A program made the position numbers and the translations under genes. From contig NC_057753.1 in NCBI RefSeq assembly GCF_004010195.1, positions 9,955,750-9,996,747 of the forward strand: a stretch of DNA of 40,998 nucleotides, in the 5' to 3' direction. Below, in pieces: positions 12,440 through 22,987 of the stretch (position 1 is the first letter of the stretch; the number at the start of each line of letters is the position of its first letter). A model generated the notes under the pieces. The model saw only the letters and a list, made by a program, of their open reading frames with translations, ran no database searches and was not told the DNA's origin. This DNA is from Chiloscyllium plagiosum. Its lineage: Eukaryota.

Positions 12440-13404
12440 ATACTCGCCAAATTCACTCAGTTGAAGTGACACGCTTTTGGAGGTCTGAGTGGTCTTCTCC
12501 TGTTCTTCATAGGTTTCCTCTGAACTGAATCGCAAAATCACTTCTCTGAGATGCCAATGAGCTGGTAAAGTTAAATTGCATAACTTGCCGTTTCGTCCAT
12601 TCCCTGCAGTAATTCGTCACGCCAATTCGGACGTGAATGACAAGACGGTCGGCATATCAGAAACCGCATCACCGCTCAGACACAGTCCCTCACTATTAGG
12701 AGAGATATCACCGATTACGAATAACCTCAGAGAGAGAGACAAGTGACAGATGCTACGCGCTTAAACAGTCCCGCTGCCTGTCTCTGGGACAGAGAGGCTG
12801 AGGGAGCAACAATGGTTCATTTTTAACCGTCCCTTCCGTGTTGGACTGCCTGCAGTCCCTCAGCTCAGGGCCGTGGGGATGACTCTCAGTGAGTGAAGGT
12901 TTCACTCGGATTCTCTTCATCTGGGGCACTTGGGGCTCAGATGTTAACTGCTGCGCGGTCGCAGCAAAGAAAGCAATGCCCACTTTGCAAAAGACTCAGT
13001 AAGATTGCAGCGTGAGGAATTCTGAACACCAAGCAGGCTGCACAACAACATATTCATTTGAATTTACCTGAGGGAAGAATCTTCGGTGCTGAAAATGCAG
13101 TAGTTCGCCACGCCAGTTCGGATCAGCATGTCAGAAACCGCATCCCGGGGACAGAATGACAAGCAGATGTTCTGGAAACGCTTTGCTGCTTGCAATTCTT
13201 GGAACAATGTGGAATGTACTTCACACTGAGCAAGTTTCAGCTGGTTCGGAGTCTCCGATGTACATTGCTGTGTTTGCCACCAGCTCAGAGAGAGAACAAT
13301 AGGAGGGACAAAGGAGTGAATAACGATCCGTGTGGGAGGGCGAATAACTGTTAATGGAGACTGTTAGCGGCTAACAATACGTAGTGTGTCATAGCAGACG
13401 AGGT

Positions 13405-14062
13405 GATAACAAGGACCTCAGGTATATAGTTCTTTGCAAGTTGCATCTCTGGCAGATTGAGTACACTTGCCTTCATTGTTCACACCGTTGAGTATAGGAG
13501 TTGGGACATAATGTGGAGGATGTACAGGATATTGGTGAGGCCATTTTGAGTATTGAGTACAATTCAAGTGGTCCTGTAATAGGAAGATTATTATTAGTGC
13601 GGTTTTGGTAAAGATTTACGAGGACGTTGACAAGACTGGAGGGTTTGAGTTTCAGGAGAGGCTGGGACTTTTTTTCCACTGGAGCACAGGAGGTTGAGGG
13701 ATGACCTTATTGAGATTTATAAAATCATGAGGGGTGGAGGCAAGGTGAATAGCAAAGGGCTCTTCCCTTAGCGTAGGGGAGATCAAAACAAGGGAGCTTT
13801 TTATAAGGTTAGAGGAGAGAGATCTACAAGGAACCTGAGGGACAACGTTTTGACAGAGGGTGGTCTGTGTGTGGAATGAACTTGCTGAGGAAGTGGTAAA
13901 TGCAGGTGCAGTTTAAATGACATTTGGATGGGTGCATGGAGAGAAAGGTTTTAGAGGGGTATGGGCCAAATGCAGGAAAGTGGGATTAATTTAGTTTGGG
14001 AATCCTGATCGGCATGGGCGAGTTGGATCGAAGGGTCTGTTTCTCTGTTGTATATCTCCATG
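13405..14062 (+). mobile_element. CR1 LINE 3' fragment, degenerate
   Basis: ttggtgaggcc…gagtattg, aggttgagggatgaccttat, tail ggatcgaagggtctgtttc. Confidence 0.8.
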
Positions 14063-14258
14063 AACCAGAAGTGATATTATTGAAACCAGTAGAATTCTGA
14101 AAGTGGCTTGACAGGATAGATGCAGATAAATCTTCCTTTGTGGGTTGAATCATAGAATCCCGAGAATGTGGAAGCAGGGCATTCAGCCATCTATTCACAC
14201 TGGCCCTCTGAAGAGCATCCCACTCATACTCACCCCCTTACTATGTATTGCCCATGGA

Positions 14259-14487
14259 GAAAGTGAGGACTGCAGATGCTGGAAAGCAGAGTTGAAAAAT
14301 GTGGTGCTGGAAAAACACAGCAGGCCAGGCAGCATCCGAGGAGCAGGAGAATCGACGTTTAGTCAATGTAAAATGTCACTATGACAGGAATCCTGAAGAA
14401 GGGCTTATGCCCGAAACGTCGATTCTCCTGCTCCTCGGATGCTGCCTGGCCTGCTGTGTTTTTCCAGCACCACATTTTTCAACTCTG
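14259..14487. mobile_element. Fold-back Penelope-like non-autonomous element
   Basis: Perfect inverted arms ~14288-14360 and ~14414-14487 with a hammerhead core in the centre. Confidence 0.75.
14385..14430 (+). ncRNA. Minimal type I hammerhead ribozyme
   Basis: Stem I (cagg-aatc/gatt-ct-cctg), CTGAAGA 14393-14399, A, stem II GGGC-TTAT-GCCC, GAAA, palindromic stem III ACGT, GTC cleavage triplet ending 14420. Confidence 0.75.
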
Positions 14488-14534
14488 TATTGCCCATGGC
14501 CAATCCTCCCGAGCCTACACATCCCTGGGCACTA

Positions 14535-14870
14535 TGGTAATTTAGCACGGCCAATCCTCCCTAACCTACACCCCCTAATCTATAAATTATTTTAGTCCGC
14601 AAGGGTAAAAAGCACAAGGATTAAACAAACAGTGAGGGTAAAAATCACAAGCCCCAGTAAAAGCAGATGTGGTAATTTAGCACGGCCAATCCTCCCTAAC
14701 CTACACCCCCTAATCTATAAATTATTTTAGTCCGCAAGGGTAAAAAGCACAAGGATTAAACACACAGTGAGGGGGAAACAGCACAAGGATTAAACAAACA
14801 GTGAAGGTAAACAGCACAAGGATTAAACAAACAGTGAGGGTAAACAGCACAAGCGCCAGTAAAAGCAGAT
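14535..14870. repeat. 135-bp duplication plus 33-bp minisatellite
   Basis: 14535-14669 recurs from 14670; unit GGGTAAACAGCACAAGGATTAAACAAACAGTGA repeated ~4x at 14738-14852. Confidence 0.85.
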
Positions 14871-14954
14871 GGAAAGTGAGTGTAAAATGTCACTATGACA
14901 GGACAGGACAGGCCCCACATTCCTTCCCCTCCGTCCCCCCACAACCTGCCTCAC

Positions 14955-15206
14955 CTTTCACCTCCCGGGCCCAGTACCTTCCAGGTGGCCCCATAGTTGA
15001 CACAGGGGCCGCCCCACGACCAGTAGAACTCCACCACCCAGGCGGCCGACGAGTTCCCAAGCAGGCCCTTAACCCCATCCGCCTCCAGAATGCTCACCGG
15101 CTCCTGCCTGCTGTACAGCCGGCCGGTGTGGCCGTGACACAGCAGCTGCGCCAGGAAGGCGGCGGTGCCCAGTGACGGGTGTCTGCCCCGGGCCGCACGG
15201 CGCCAT
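14955..15206 (-). pseudogene. QSOX2: Sulfhydryl oxidase QSOX-family exon 1 (QSOX2-like; QSOX1 not excluded), disabled as assembled
   Basis: RLYSRQEPVSILEADGVKGLLGNSSAAWVVEFYWSWGGPCVNYGATWKVL aligns to the QSOX thioredoxin-1 start (…AWxVxFYSSWCGHC..Y/FAPTW). CGHC reads GGPC. Two 1-nt frameshifts in G-runs. ATG at 15206 and a phase-1 donor AAAG|GTGAGG at 14955/14954. Confidence 0.8.
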
Positions 15207-15310
15207 TTTCCTAACGGCCGCCCTCCCGCCGCTTCCCCGCTCGAGCGACTTCTCCAAACCGCCTTCGCACTCCCCACGTGACGTCAGCTCGAGGGAGGGG
15301 CGGGGCCTCA
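15207..15310 (-). promoter_or_regulatory. CpG-rich QSOX promoter/5'UTR: overlapping E-box + CRE, GC box
   Basis: CACGTG 15275-15280 overlapping TGACGTCA 15279-15286; GGGGCGGGG 15297-15305; high CpG density. Confidence 0.6.
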
Positions 15311-17902
15311 CCGTCTGGATCAGTGGTGCTGGAAGAGCACAGCAGTTCCGGCAGCATCCAAGGAGCTTCGAAATCGACGTTTCGGGAGCCTCACCGTCAC
15401 CAAGCAACAGCCACCTCGCGCTACAACTGCTCATTCACAAAAACAAACTCTCCTGTCTCGCTCTGCAGCTGCAGGGGGGACACTGCCACGTTTCCAGGAG
15501 GTCTGTCCACATTGTGAAAGCTCACGGCTCAATTTGAAGAGATATTCCGACATATAACAAAACATCGTCATATCAAATAGGGGAAATCTGCATTTTAAAG
15601 GGACATAGACATTTTAACGGGCTATTTCTGCAAATAAAGAGATTTAAATGAACAAGAGTATATTTCAAAGGGATGTGGGAATATTCAAAAGGATATCTTA
15701 ATATGGAAAGTGCCGCAGTCATAACTAAATGAATCTACATTTCGGAGAGACACTGCCCTATTTATAATCAGAAATATCCCTTTAAGAGACATAATCATAT
15801 CTAAAGGGGTAAATATACATTATCGAGGGGCAAGATTGCACTTCGAGGAACATAACACCTTTAAAGGGCTGAGCTACATGTAAAGGGACATTTTTATGTT
15901 TGAAAAGATATATTGAAATCTAAAGAGACTTGGTCATAATTAAAATTACATGGTAATATTTGGAAAGCATGACCATATTGGAAATAGTGCAGCCGCTTTT
16001 AGAAAGGGGATTGGGCTGGGGGTGAGACGATTTAATTTTTAAGAAAATAAGCAAGTTAATACGATTTGGAATGATCTTGAAGGGGTAATGGAGCCAGTAA
16101 ATGGCAAAGATAATTGCAAACTTCTTGAAAAGAAAATTATTCCACATATATGTGGATGCAGGGAAATAATTCAACAAAAGAGCCATTACAAATTTGATGG
16201 ACCAAACAACCTCCTTTTGGGAGCATCAATGTTTAGGTAGAAATTCCAATTTTTGTTCTCCTCCCAAAGTTTCTGTGTTGTCAGGGTACAGTGCAGGCCA
16301 GTACAATATGTTATGCCACAGTAGGCCTTGCTACTCAATCTCATCTTGTCCTCACCCAATATTCCTATCTGCATTGTTAGCAGTCAAGTTTCCGAGGGAA
16401 ATAAGGCATGATGATGTGATGCTTACATTCCAGGAACAAACAAATAAAACAGATCATGGCGCTGCCATCACTGCATGTGTCAGAATTAAATGATCAGAAA
16501 AATTTTGAACTCACACTACAGTTTGTGCACAATGCCATTATTTCTACTTATTCTTATCATTTCACTTGATATTCAGTCTATACCAAATTGAGAGCAGCCA
16601 CGATTGTAGAATTTCATTGTCAATTCTACATTTTGACGTTCTTATATGTACTTAAATTAATCTTCAGATTGTTTCACAATTGAATGACATTACTAGACTG
16701 AAAATTCACAACTTCACCAAATGCCGAAACATTTTTTTAGGCTGTTTGGGCAATAGCAATGACAAATAAAATATCAAAGAAATACAAACTTATGAGAAGA
16801 GATACATATCTTGTTTAACCAAATACAATGGTAGTGTAGAGAATTTCAAAAAAGTGCAATAAATATTCACTTTGCACTCTTTATTCAACTCATTCAAGAA
16901 TTTCAAATTGAGTTGAGGTAGTTCCAGAGCAAATGGCAACATTCATTTGTTAATAGACTCACCATAAATTGTGAAAGATTTTTTTTTATCAAAGTCACAT
17001 TGTTAATCCCAAATGGAGCAATTAAGTGCAAAGTTACTTTCAATCATTTAATAAAACATTGCGAATTTTATTTCATATGAAGACACAGTCATTTTATGAT
17101 TTGGATAAGATGTTTACAAATATTAAGTAGATTTCCTGGGTATCAATATTTACAAAAGTTATACATTTATTATTTGGCAATTGACCGATTAAGTGAAATA
17201 ATTTCAGAATAAATTAGCCGCTTCATTATTATACATTGAGATAGTTTTATTAAAATATCATGTAAAGGAAATCTTTAATACAAAGAACAAAGCAAAGATA
17301 AATAAAATACAAAAACATCTTACAGAATTCACTTCAAATCATATCTATTGAATCACAAAAAGATGAAGCTCAATGGACTAAGTGACAGGCAATCACTGGA
17401 AATGATGGAAAAACATTGTAAAAAACGTTTCGATCTCAATTGTATCTTAAATGAATATCTCCTCTGCCTTGGACAACAAGAACTGGAAGTTTTTTTGTCA
17501 AGTGAAAACTACAATAGTAAAGTTTTAGAAAATCCACCACTGAGCCCAATCTTGAATTTTTTTTTTCAGGAAATCCTTTTCAGATGTCTGGCTACTCCAG
17601 CTACAATTACCATGAAGGAACGGTGAAGCTCAGTGGGGAAAGGGTCAGTAATAGCATATCTTGGCTCTCACCAAAGTATTCTCTGAAGAAGAAAAAAATG
17701 CACCTGGATGGGAACATGAATAGGAAGGATTCAGTGGGATATGGGCCAAATGCTGGCAAATGGGTCACGAGATTAATTTAGGATAGGACTGAAGGGCTTG
17801 CTTCTGTGTGCTCACAGAACGTACCATTAACATGAGAAGGGTTGGCTTGCACCATTCATGGCGGACGTGGGTAGAGGAGGATCGTACTCTGCATGAGTTT
17901 AA

Positions 17903-18090
17903 ATCAGAATGGTGCTGGAAAAGCACAGCAGGTCAGGCAGCATCCGAGAAACAGGAACATTCCTGATGAAGGGCTTTTGCCCGAAACGTCGATTTTCCTG
18001 CTCCTCGGATGCTGCCTGACCTGCCGTGCTTTTCCAGCACCACTCTGATGTAAACTCTGGCTTCAGCATCCGCAGTCCTCACTTTTGCCT
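17903..18090. mobile_element. Fold-back Penelope-like non-autonomous element
   Basis: Arms tggtgctggaaaagcacagcaggtcaggcagcatccgag / ctcggatgctgcctgacctgccgtgcttttccagcacca flank a hammerhead core. Confidence 0.75.
17952..18000 (+). ncRNA. Minimal type I hammerhead ribozyme
   Basis: CTGATGA 17963-17969, A, GGGC-TTTT-GCCC, GAAAC, GTC ending 17990; imperfect stem I cagga…tc/ga…tcctg. Confidence 0.7.
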
Positions 18091-19282
18091 TGTCCCCTGC
18101 CTGGGTGTGCCGGAAGAAAGGATTGTACCATTCGGAGAGGGAGAATTGGAACTTTCATTGGGGGCATAGCGTAGGTGAGGAGGACAGTACCATTCGGGGG
18201 GAGGAAAGGGGAGTTTGTACCATTCACATGGGGGTGGGGGGTTAGATTGTACCATTCACAGGGGAGCTATTATTTATTCTTATTTTGCAGAATTTCCAGG
18301 ATGCAGGACATATGCCAAGTTCACCCACCACAAATCTCCTGAAACTGGGTGCACTAAAAAAAATCCAGCAGGAACGTTATCAGTGAAAAGGTCTGGTTTT
18401 GTCATAGAGTTATAGACTTACAGAGTCACACTGCATGGAAACAGACCCTTCGGTTCAATTCATCCATGCTGACCAGATGTCCCAATCTGACCCAGTCCCA
18501 ATTTTCAGCATTTGGCCCTTACCCCTCTAAATCCGAACTATTCGTCCAAACACGTTTTAAATGGTGTAATTGTACCCACCTCCACAACATTCTCTGGCAA
18601 CTCATTCCATACATAGAGTCATAGAGATGTACAGCTCTCTCCGTGAAAACGTTGTCTTTTAGGTCCTCTTTTGATCTTTCCTCCTCTCACCGTAAACATA
18701 TGCCTTCTAGTTTTTGACTCCCCAACCTTGGGGTATAAGACCTTGTGTATTCACCCGTGATTCTCTTAAGGAGTGACCTCTATAAGGTCACTCCTTAAGA
18801 TCTGACCCACTAGGGTTAAAAAAGCCCCAGCTTCTCCCTATAACTCAAAACTTTCACTCCCAGCAACATTCCTGAAAATCTTCTCTGCTCCGCCATTCGA
18901 TCCTGGATGATACACTCCTCATGCCCATTTTCCTGCCTTTTCCCCATAACCCTTCAATCCATCACCAATTAAAAACCTGTCTAAGTCCTCTTGAAATTCA
19001 CTCGTCCCAGCATCCACCACTTTGGGGGAGCGAATTCCACAGATTCACAACCCTGTTGGAGAAGTAGTTTCCTCAATTCTGTTTTAAATTTGCTCCCCCT
19101 TATCATTTGTGTGTGAACTCTCGTTTGAAAATATCCCACAAAAGGAGCATCCACTCCATTTTGACTTTATCCATACCTTTTATCATCATGAATACCTCAA
19201 TTTGATCTGCTCTCATTCTTCCAAATTCTCGACAGTATAGGCCGAAACTGATCAATCTCTCTTCATACGACAAGCCCCTCAT

Positions 19283-19610
19283 TAGATTAGATTAGATTAC
19301 TTACAGTGTGGAAACAGGCCCTTCGGCCCAACAAGTCCACACCGCCCTGCCGAAGCGCAACCCACCCATACCCCCTATATTTACCCTACATTTACCCTTT
19401 ACCTAACACTACGGGCAATTTAGCATAGCCAATTCACCTGACCTGCACATCTTTGGACTGTGGGAGGAAACCGGAGCACCCGGAGGAAACCCATGCAGAT
19501 ACGGGGAGAACGTGCAAACTCCACACAGTCAGTCGCCTGAGGCGGGAATTGAACCCGGGTCTCTGGAGCTGTGAGGCAGCAGTGCTAACCACTGTGTTAC
19601 CGTGCCGCCC
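19283..19610 (-). mobile_element. HE1-type V-SINE, full length
   Basis: Reverse complement of the 7576 copy; imperfect TSD acaa(g/at)cccctcat at 19270-19282 and 19611-19624. Confidence 0.9.
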
Positions 19611-20319
19611 ACAAATCCCCTCATCTCTGGGATCAATCCAGTGAACCTTCTGTGAACTGCCTCCAAAGTCACTACATCTTTCCTGAAATAAGGGGTTTAA
19701 AATTGGGCACAATCCTCCAGGTGCAGTCTCGGCAATGCCATGTACAGTTGCAGCAACACTTCCATATCTTTGTATCCTATTTCTTTAGCTGTAAAAGCAA
19801 TGTTCCATTCACTTTCTTTATTATCTACTGTACGTGCATGCCAGCTTTCTGTGACTCATGAACAAGGATACCCAGATCCCTCTGCACCAGAGCATCCTGA
19901 AGTCTCTCCCCACATAGATAATAGGTTGCCTTCCTGTTTTATCGAAAATAATGCATAACCCCACTTTTATCCACCTTAATCTCCCTCTGCCACATTTTGA
20001 CCCACTCTCCTATCCCACGTATATACATTTGCAAGGTTCTTATTTCCTCATTGCAATTTACCATCTCACCTATTTTTGTGAAATCTGCAAATTTGGCTAT
20101 AGATTCTTTTATCGCTGTAGCCAAGTTGCTAATGTAGATTGTAAATAGCTAGGGTGCAAGGACCGAACCCTATGGCACCTCACTAGTGACATCTTGCATC
20201 CAGAAGGAAAAAAGGCCATTGATTTGGACTGTCTGTCTTCTGCTCATCAGCTCGTCAGCTATCCAAGCTATAAATCACCCCTAATCCCATATGATCTAAC
20301 CATGTCAATTAACCTTTTG

Positions 20320-20806
20320 ATTGTTAGAATACAGTGATAGTTTCACTCCTTTCATGTGTAAATCACAAAACGTTTTTTTATGCCATGATGTTTAGATTGA
20401 TTCTAATCTAAAAGGTGATATAACGGACAAGTGGCATAGACAGAGAACACAAGGGGCCAACACCTTCAACATACTGTCTAGCTATCACCATTGTTAGCAG
20501 CTAACCCAAGAATTCAACTTTTAAAAAAAAAAGGTTTTGTGATTTACACATGAAAGAAGTGAAACTATCACTGTATTCTAACAGATGAAAGGCTTAACAA
20601 TCAATTTTTCAAAGTATTATTTCAGTTACATCACACTGTAAATTTTTGCTATAAATTCTGTGTTAGGATTGAGCCCTCCACTATCACCTGATGAAGGAGC
20701 GTCGCTCCGAAAGCTAGTGTGCTTCCAATTAAACCTGTTGGACTATAACCTGTTGTGTGATTTTTAACTTTGCACACCCCAGTCCAACACCGGCATCTCC
20801 AAATCA
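20320..20806 (+). mobile_element. Penelope-like element (family 2) with internal inverted repeat, hammerhead and 10-bp TSD
   Basis: TAACCTTTTG at 20310-20319 and 20807-20816. 49-bp inverted repeat 20323-20371/20534-20582 (1 mismatch). Interrupts a CR1 RT at HKRL. Related degenerate pieces at 3490-3915, 30950-31130, 37240-37360 and 38240-38445. Confidence 0.7.
20685..20719 (+). ncRNA. Minimal type I hammerhead ribozyme (second family)
   Basis: cac-CTGATGA (20688-20694)-A-GGAGC-GTC-GCTCC-GAAA-G-CTA-gtg. Palindromic stem III AGCT, CUA triplet ending 20716, 3-bp stem I cac/gtg. Confidence 0.65.
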
Positions 20807-21829
20807 TAACCTTTTGTGTAGCACTTTAGCAAATGCCTTCTGAAAGGCCAGATATATTCCATCTACAGAATCTCCATTATCCAATTTGCTTGTTACAGCT
20901 TTGAAGAACTTAGTCAAATCTGATTTGCACTGTATAAAACCATACTGATTCTGATGGATTAAATTTTGAATTTCCAAATGTTCTGATATTGCTTTCATTA
21001 CAATTGATTCTAACACCTTCCCAACAACAGATGCTAAACCAACTGGTCTGCAATTTCCCACCTATTACCTCCCTTTTTGAATACAAGCATTATATTCACA
21101 TTTTTCCAATCCACTAGAACTGTAAGATCATAAGATATTGGAGCAGAAATGAGGCCATTCAGCCCATCTAGTCTGCTCCGCCATTCAACCATGGCTGATA
21201 AATTTCTCAACTCCATTTTCCAGCCTTCTCCACGTAACCTTTGATCAGCTTGACAATCAGTCTTAACTAAATTCAATGAATCTTTCTCATGTCCAGGGAA
21301 TTTTGGAATATTGTAAATAATGAATCCACTACCTCCACTGTCACTTCCTTTAGTACCCTAGGATGTACGCCATCAGGCCCAGAGGACTTTGCCTGCCCTC
21401 AACCCTAATACTGTACCTATCGACATTGATTGTTGGAAGTTCTATGCTTTCTATGGCTTCTGACGTGCCTGTTCAAATAGGTTGTCCTCCAACGTGAAAA
21501 CTGAGGAAAAGTATTGACTTAGTAGCTCTGCCATTTCAGTATTCCCCTATGAACTCACCGGTTTCATCTTCCAAGGGACCAACATTTACCTTCGTGACTC
21601 TGTTCCCTTTAGTATACTACTAGAAGCTTTTGCTTTTTTTTATATATGTTGTGCTAGGTTTCTTTAGTAATTTACCGTACCTATTTCTATTCATTTTTAG
21701 TTCTCTTTGTTTGTTTCTGAAAGTTTCCCAATGTTTCAGCATTCCAAAGGTTTGGAATAATATTTCTGAACAGGCTCAAAATTAAACAAAATACTGTGTG
21801 CAAACTGAAAAGAAACCCACCTTTCAGGT

Positions 21830-22490
21830 GACTGGGGCGGGGAAAAACCATCGCCGCTCATCCGTTGTCCACGATTGGTGAGAGGTCTCCACAAACCACA
21901 CCCCTTCGTATGGGAGTGACGTCATGGAGGAGTGACGTCATGGAGGAGTGACGTCATGGAGGAGTGACGTCATGGAGGAGTGACGTCATGGAGGAGTGAC
22001 GTCACGGAGGAGTGACGTGCCTTCCTGCTGGCGCATGTGCAGTGCAGGTGCTGCAGCGGGACAACGACAGTGTTACTGAGTGTGGGGGAGGAATGGCGCC
22101 GGCGGCTGAAGGAGCAAGGACAGGAGCCGCTGTAAAAGCTGAGCAGGTCCGGCAGAAATCCGAGGTGGCGTTTCGGTTCCAGTGATCTTTCTTCAGAACA
22201 GAAATAGGTTTCGGAAATATCCCGGGGAGAGGAGACGGTGAGACAGGGTAGGATTGGGACCCGCGGGAGGAGGGAGACTGGGGAGTTTATAAACTCCTAG
22301 GGGGGAGGCCTCAGGCCTCCAATAGAAGCCCCACAGGCCCAGTGTTTACTTCACCGGCGAAGGAGCTCTCGGGTTGCCCGGGCAACCGGCCGCCATCTTT
22401 GTGAGGGTCAGGCGCATGTTGTGTTGGGGCGGGGAGCGCGGGCGGCCATCTTGGTGAAGGCACCATCCACTGTCATTTCCGGGAGAGAAT
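21830..22490. promoter_or_regulatory. CpG-island promoter region
   Basis: GC box 21834-21842, inverted CCAAT ~21874, CRE array, NRF1-like GCGCATGTGC 22031-22040, RFX palindrome GTTGCCCGGGCAAC 22373-22386, YY1 GCCATCTT ~22392 and ~22445. Confidence 0.7.
21912..22019. repeat. 16-bp tandem array (GGAGGAGTGACGTCAT)x~7
   Basis: TGACGTCA at 21917, 21933, 21949, 21965, 21981 and 21997; TGACGTG at 22013. Confidence 0.95.
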
Positions 22491-22987
22491 TCCAACCTCG
22501 TGGCAGCCTTTGTGTCAACTCGAAGTTCCTCATTTCACTCTGAGAGACCTGGCCCTGAGCTTGGTCTGTGTGCCCTTTAAGCAGGAAATAGGAATGAGAG
22601 AGAGATCGAGAAAAACACGAAGGCGGGCTGTGAATTTGAGGTGAACGAATCTGATCATTTGTGTCATTGGAACACAATGGAGGTACCCAAGACGGCAGTG
22701 ACCAGGAGAGTGTTGACGTGTTGATGATGTTTTCAGTTTGTAGACTGGAGAAAAGTGCGAAGTCCAGGCGCGGAGGAAAGACATGAGGAAGATGGATTTG
22801 AATTTCAATGTAGGAGGAGGGATAATGTGTAGGATTCAAATTTAATACTTTTAGCAAGTAGATAAGAAAAGTGTTCCATGGAAAGTAGAACTGACTCCAG
22901 TGCTTTTAATCTTGTACTCAGTGATGTCTTTTGTACATTTCTTTTATAGGCTGTAACAAGAATCAGAATGGAAACTCAAGATAAGCA

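Larger units (their letters stand above)
18405..21760 (-). mobile_element. Older CR1 LINE(s) with nested HE1, Penelope-like element and a CR1 tail (21122-21277)
   Basis: GNCRPVGLASVVGKVLE, YLAFQKAFAKVLHKRL, AKFADFTKIG motifs; 3' tails at 18405-18885 and 18890-19100. Confidence 0.85.

Noticed and set aside
17815..18270. Recurring GTACCATTC core separated by variable G-rich stretches (repeat-spacer look)
   Set aside because: The core is only ~9 nt and the spacers are related G-rich sequence; best explained as a decayed minisatellite interrupted by the Penelope-like insertion.
21912..22019. CRISPR-like appearance
   Set aside because: Head-to-tail repeats with no unique spacers, no cas genes, eukaryotic context.
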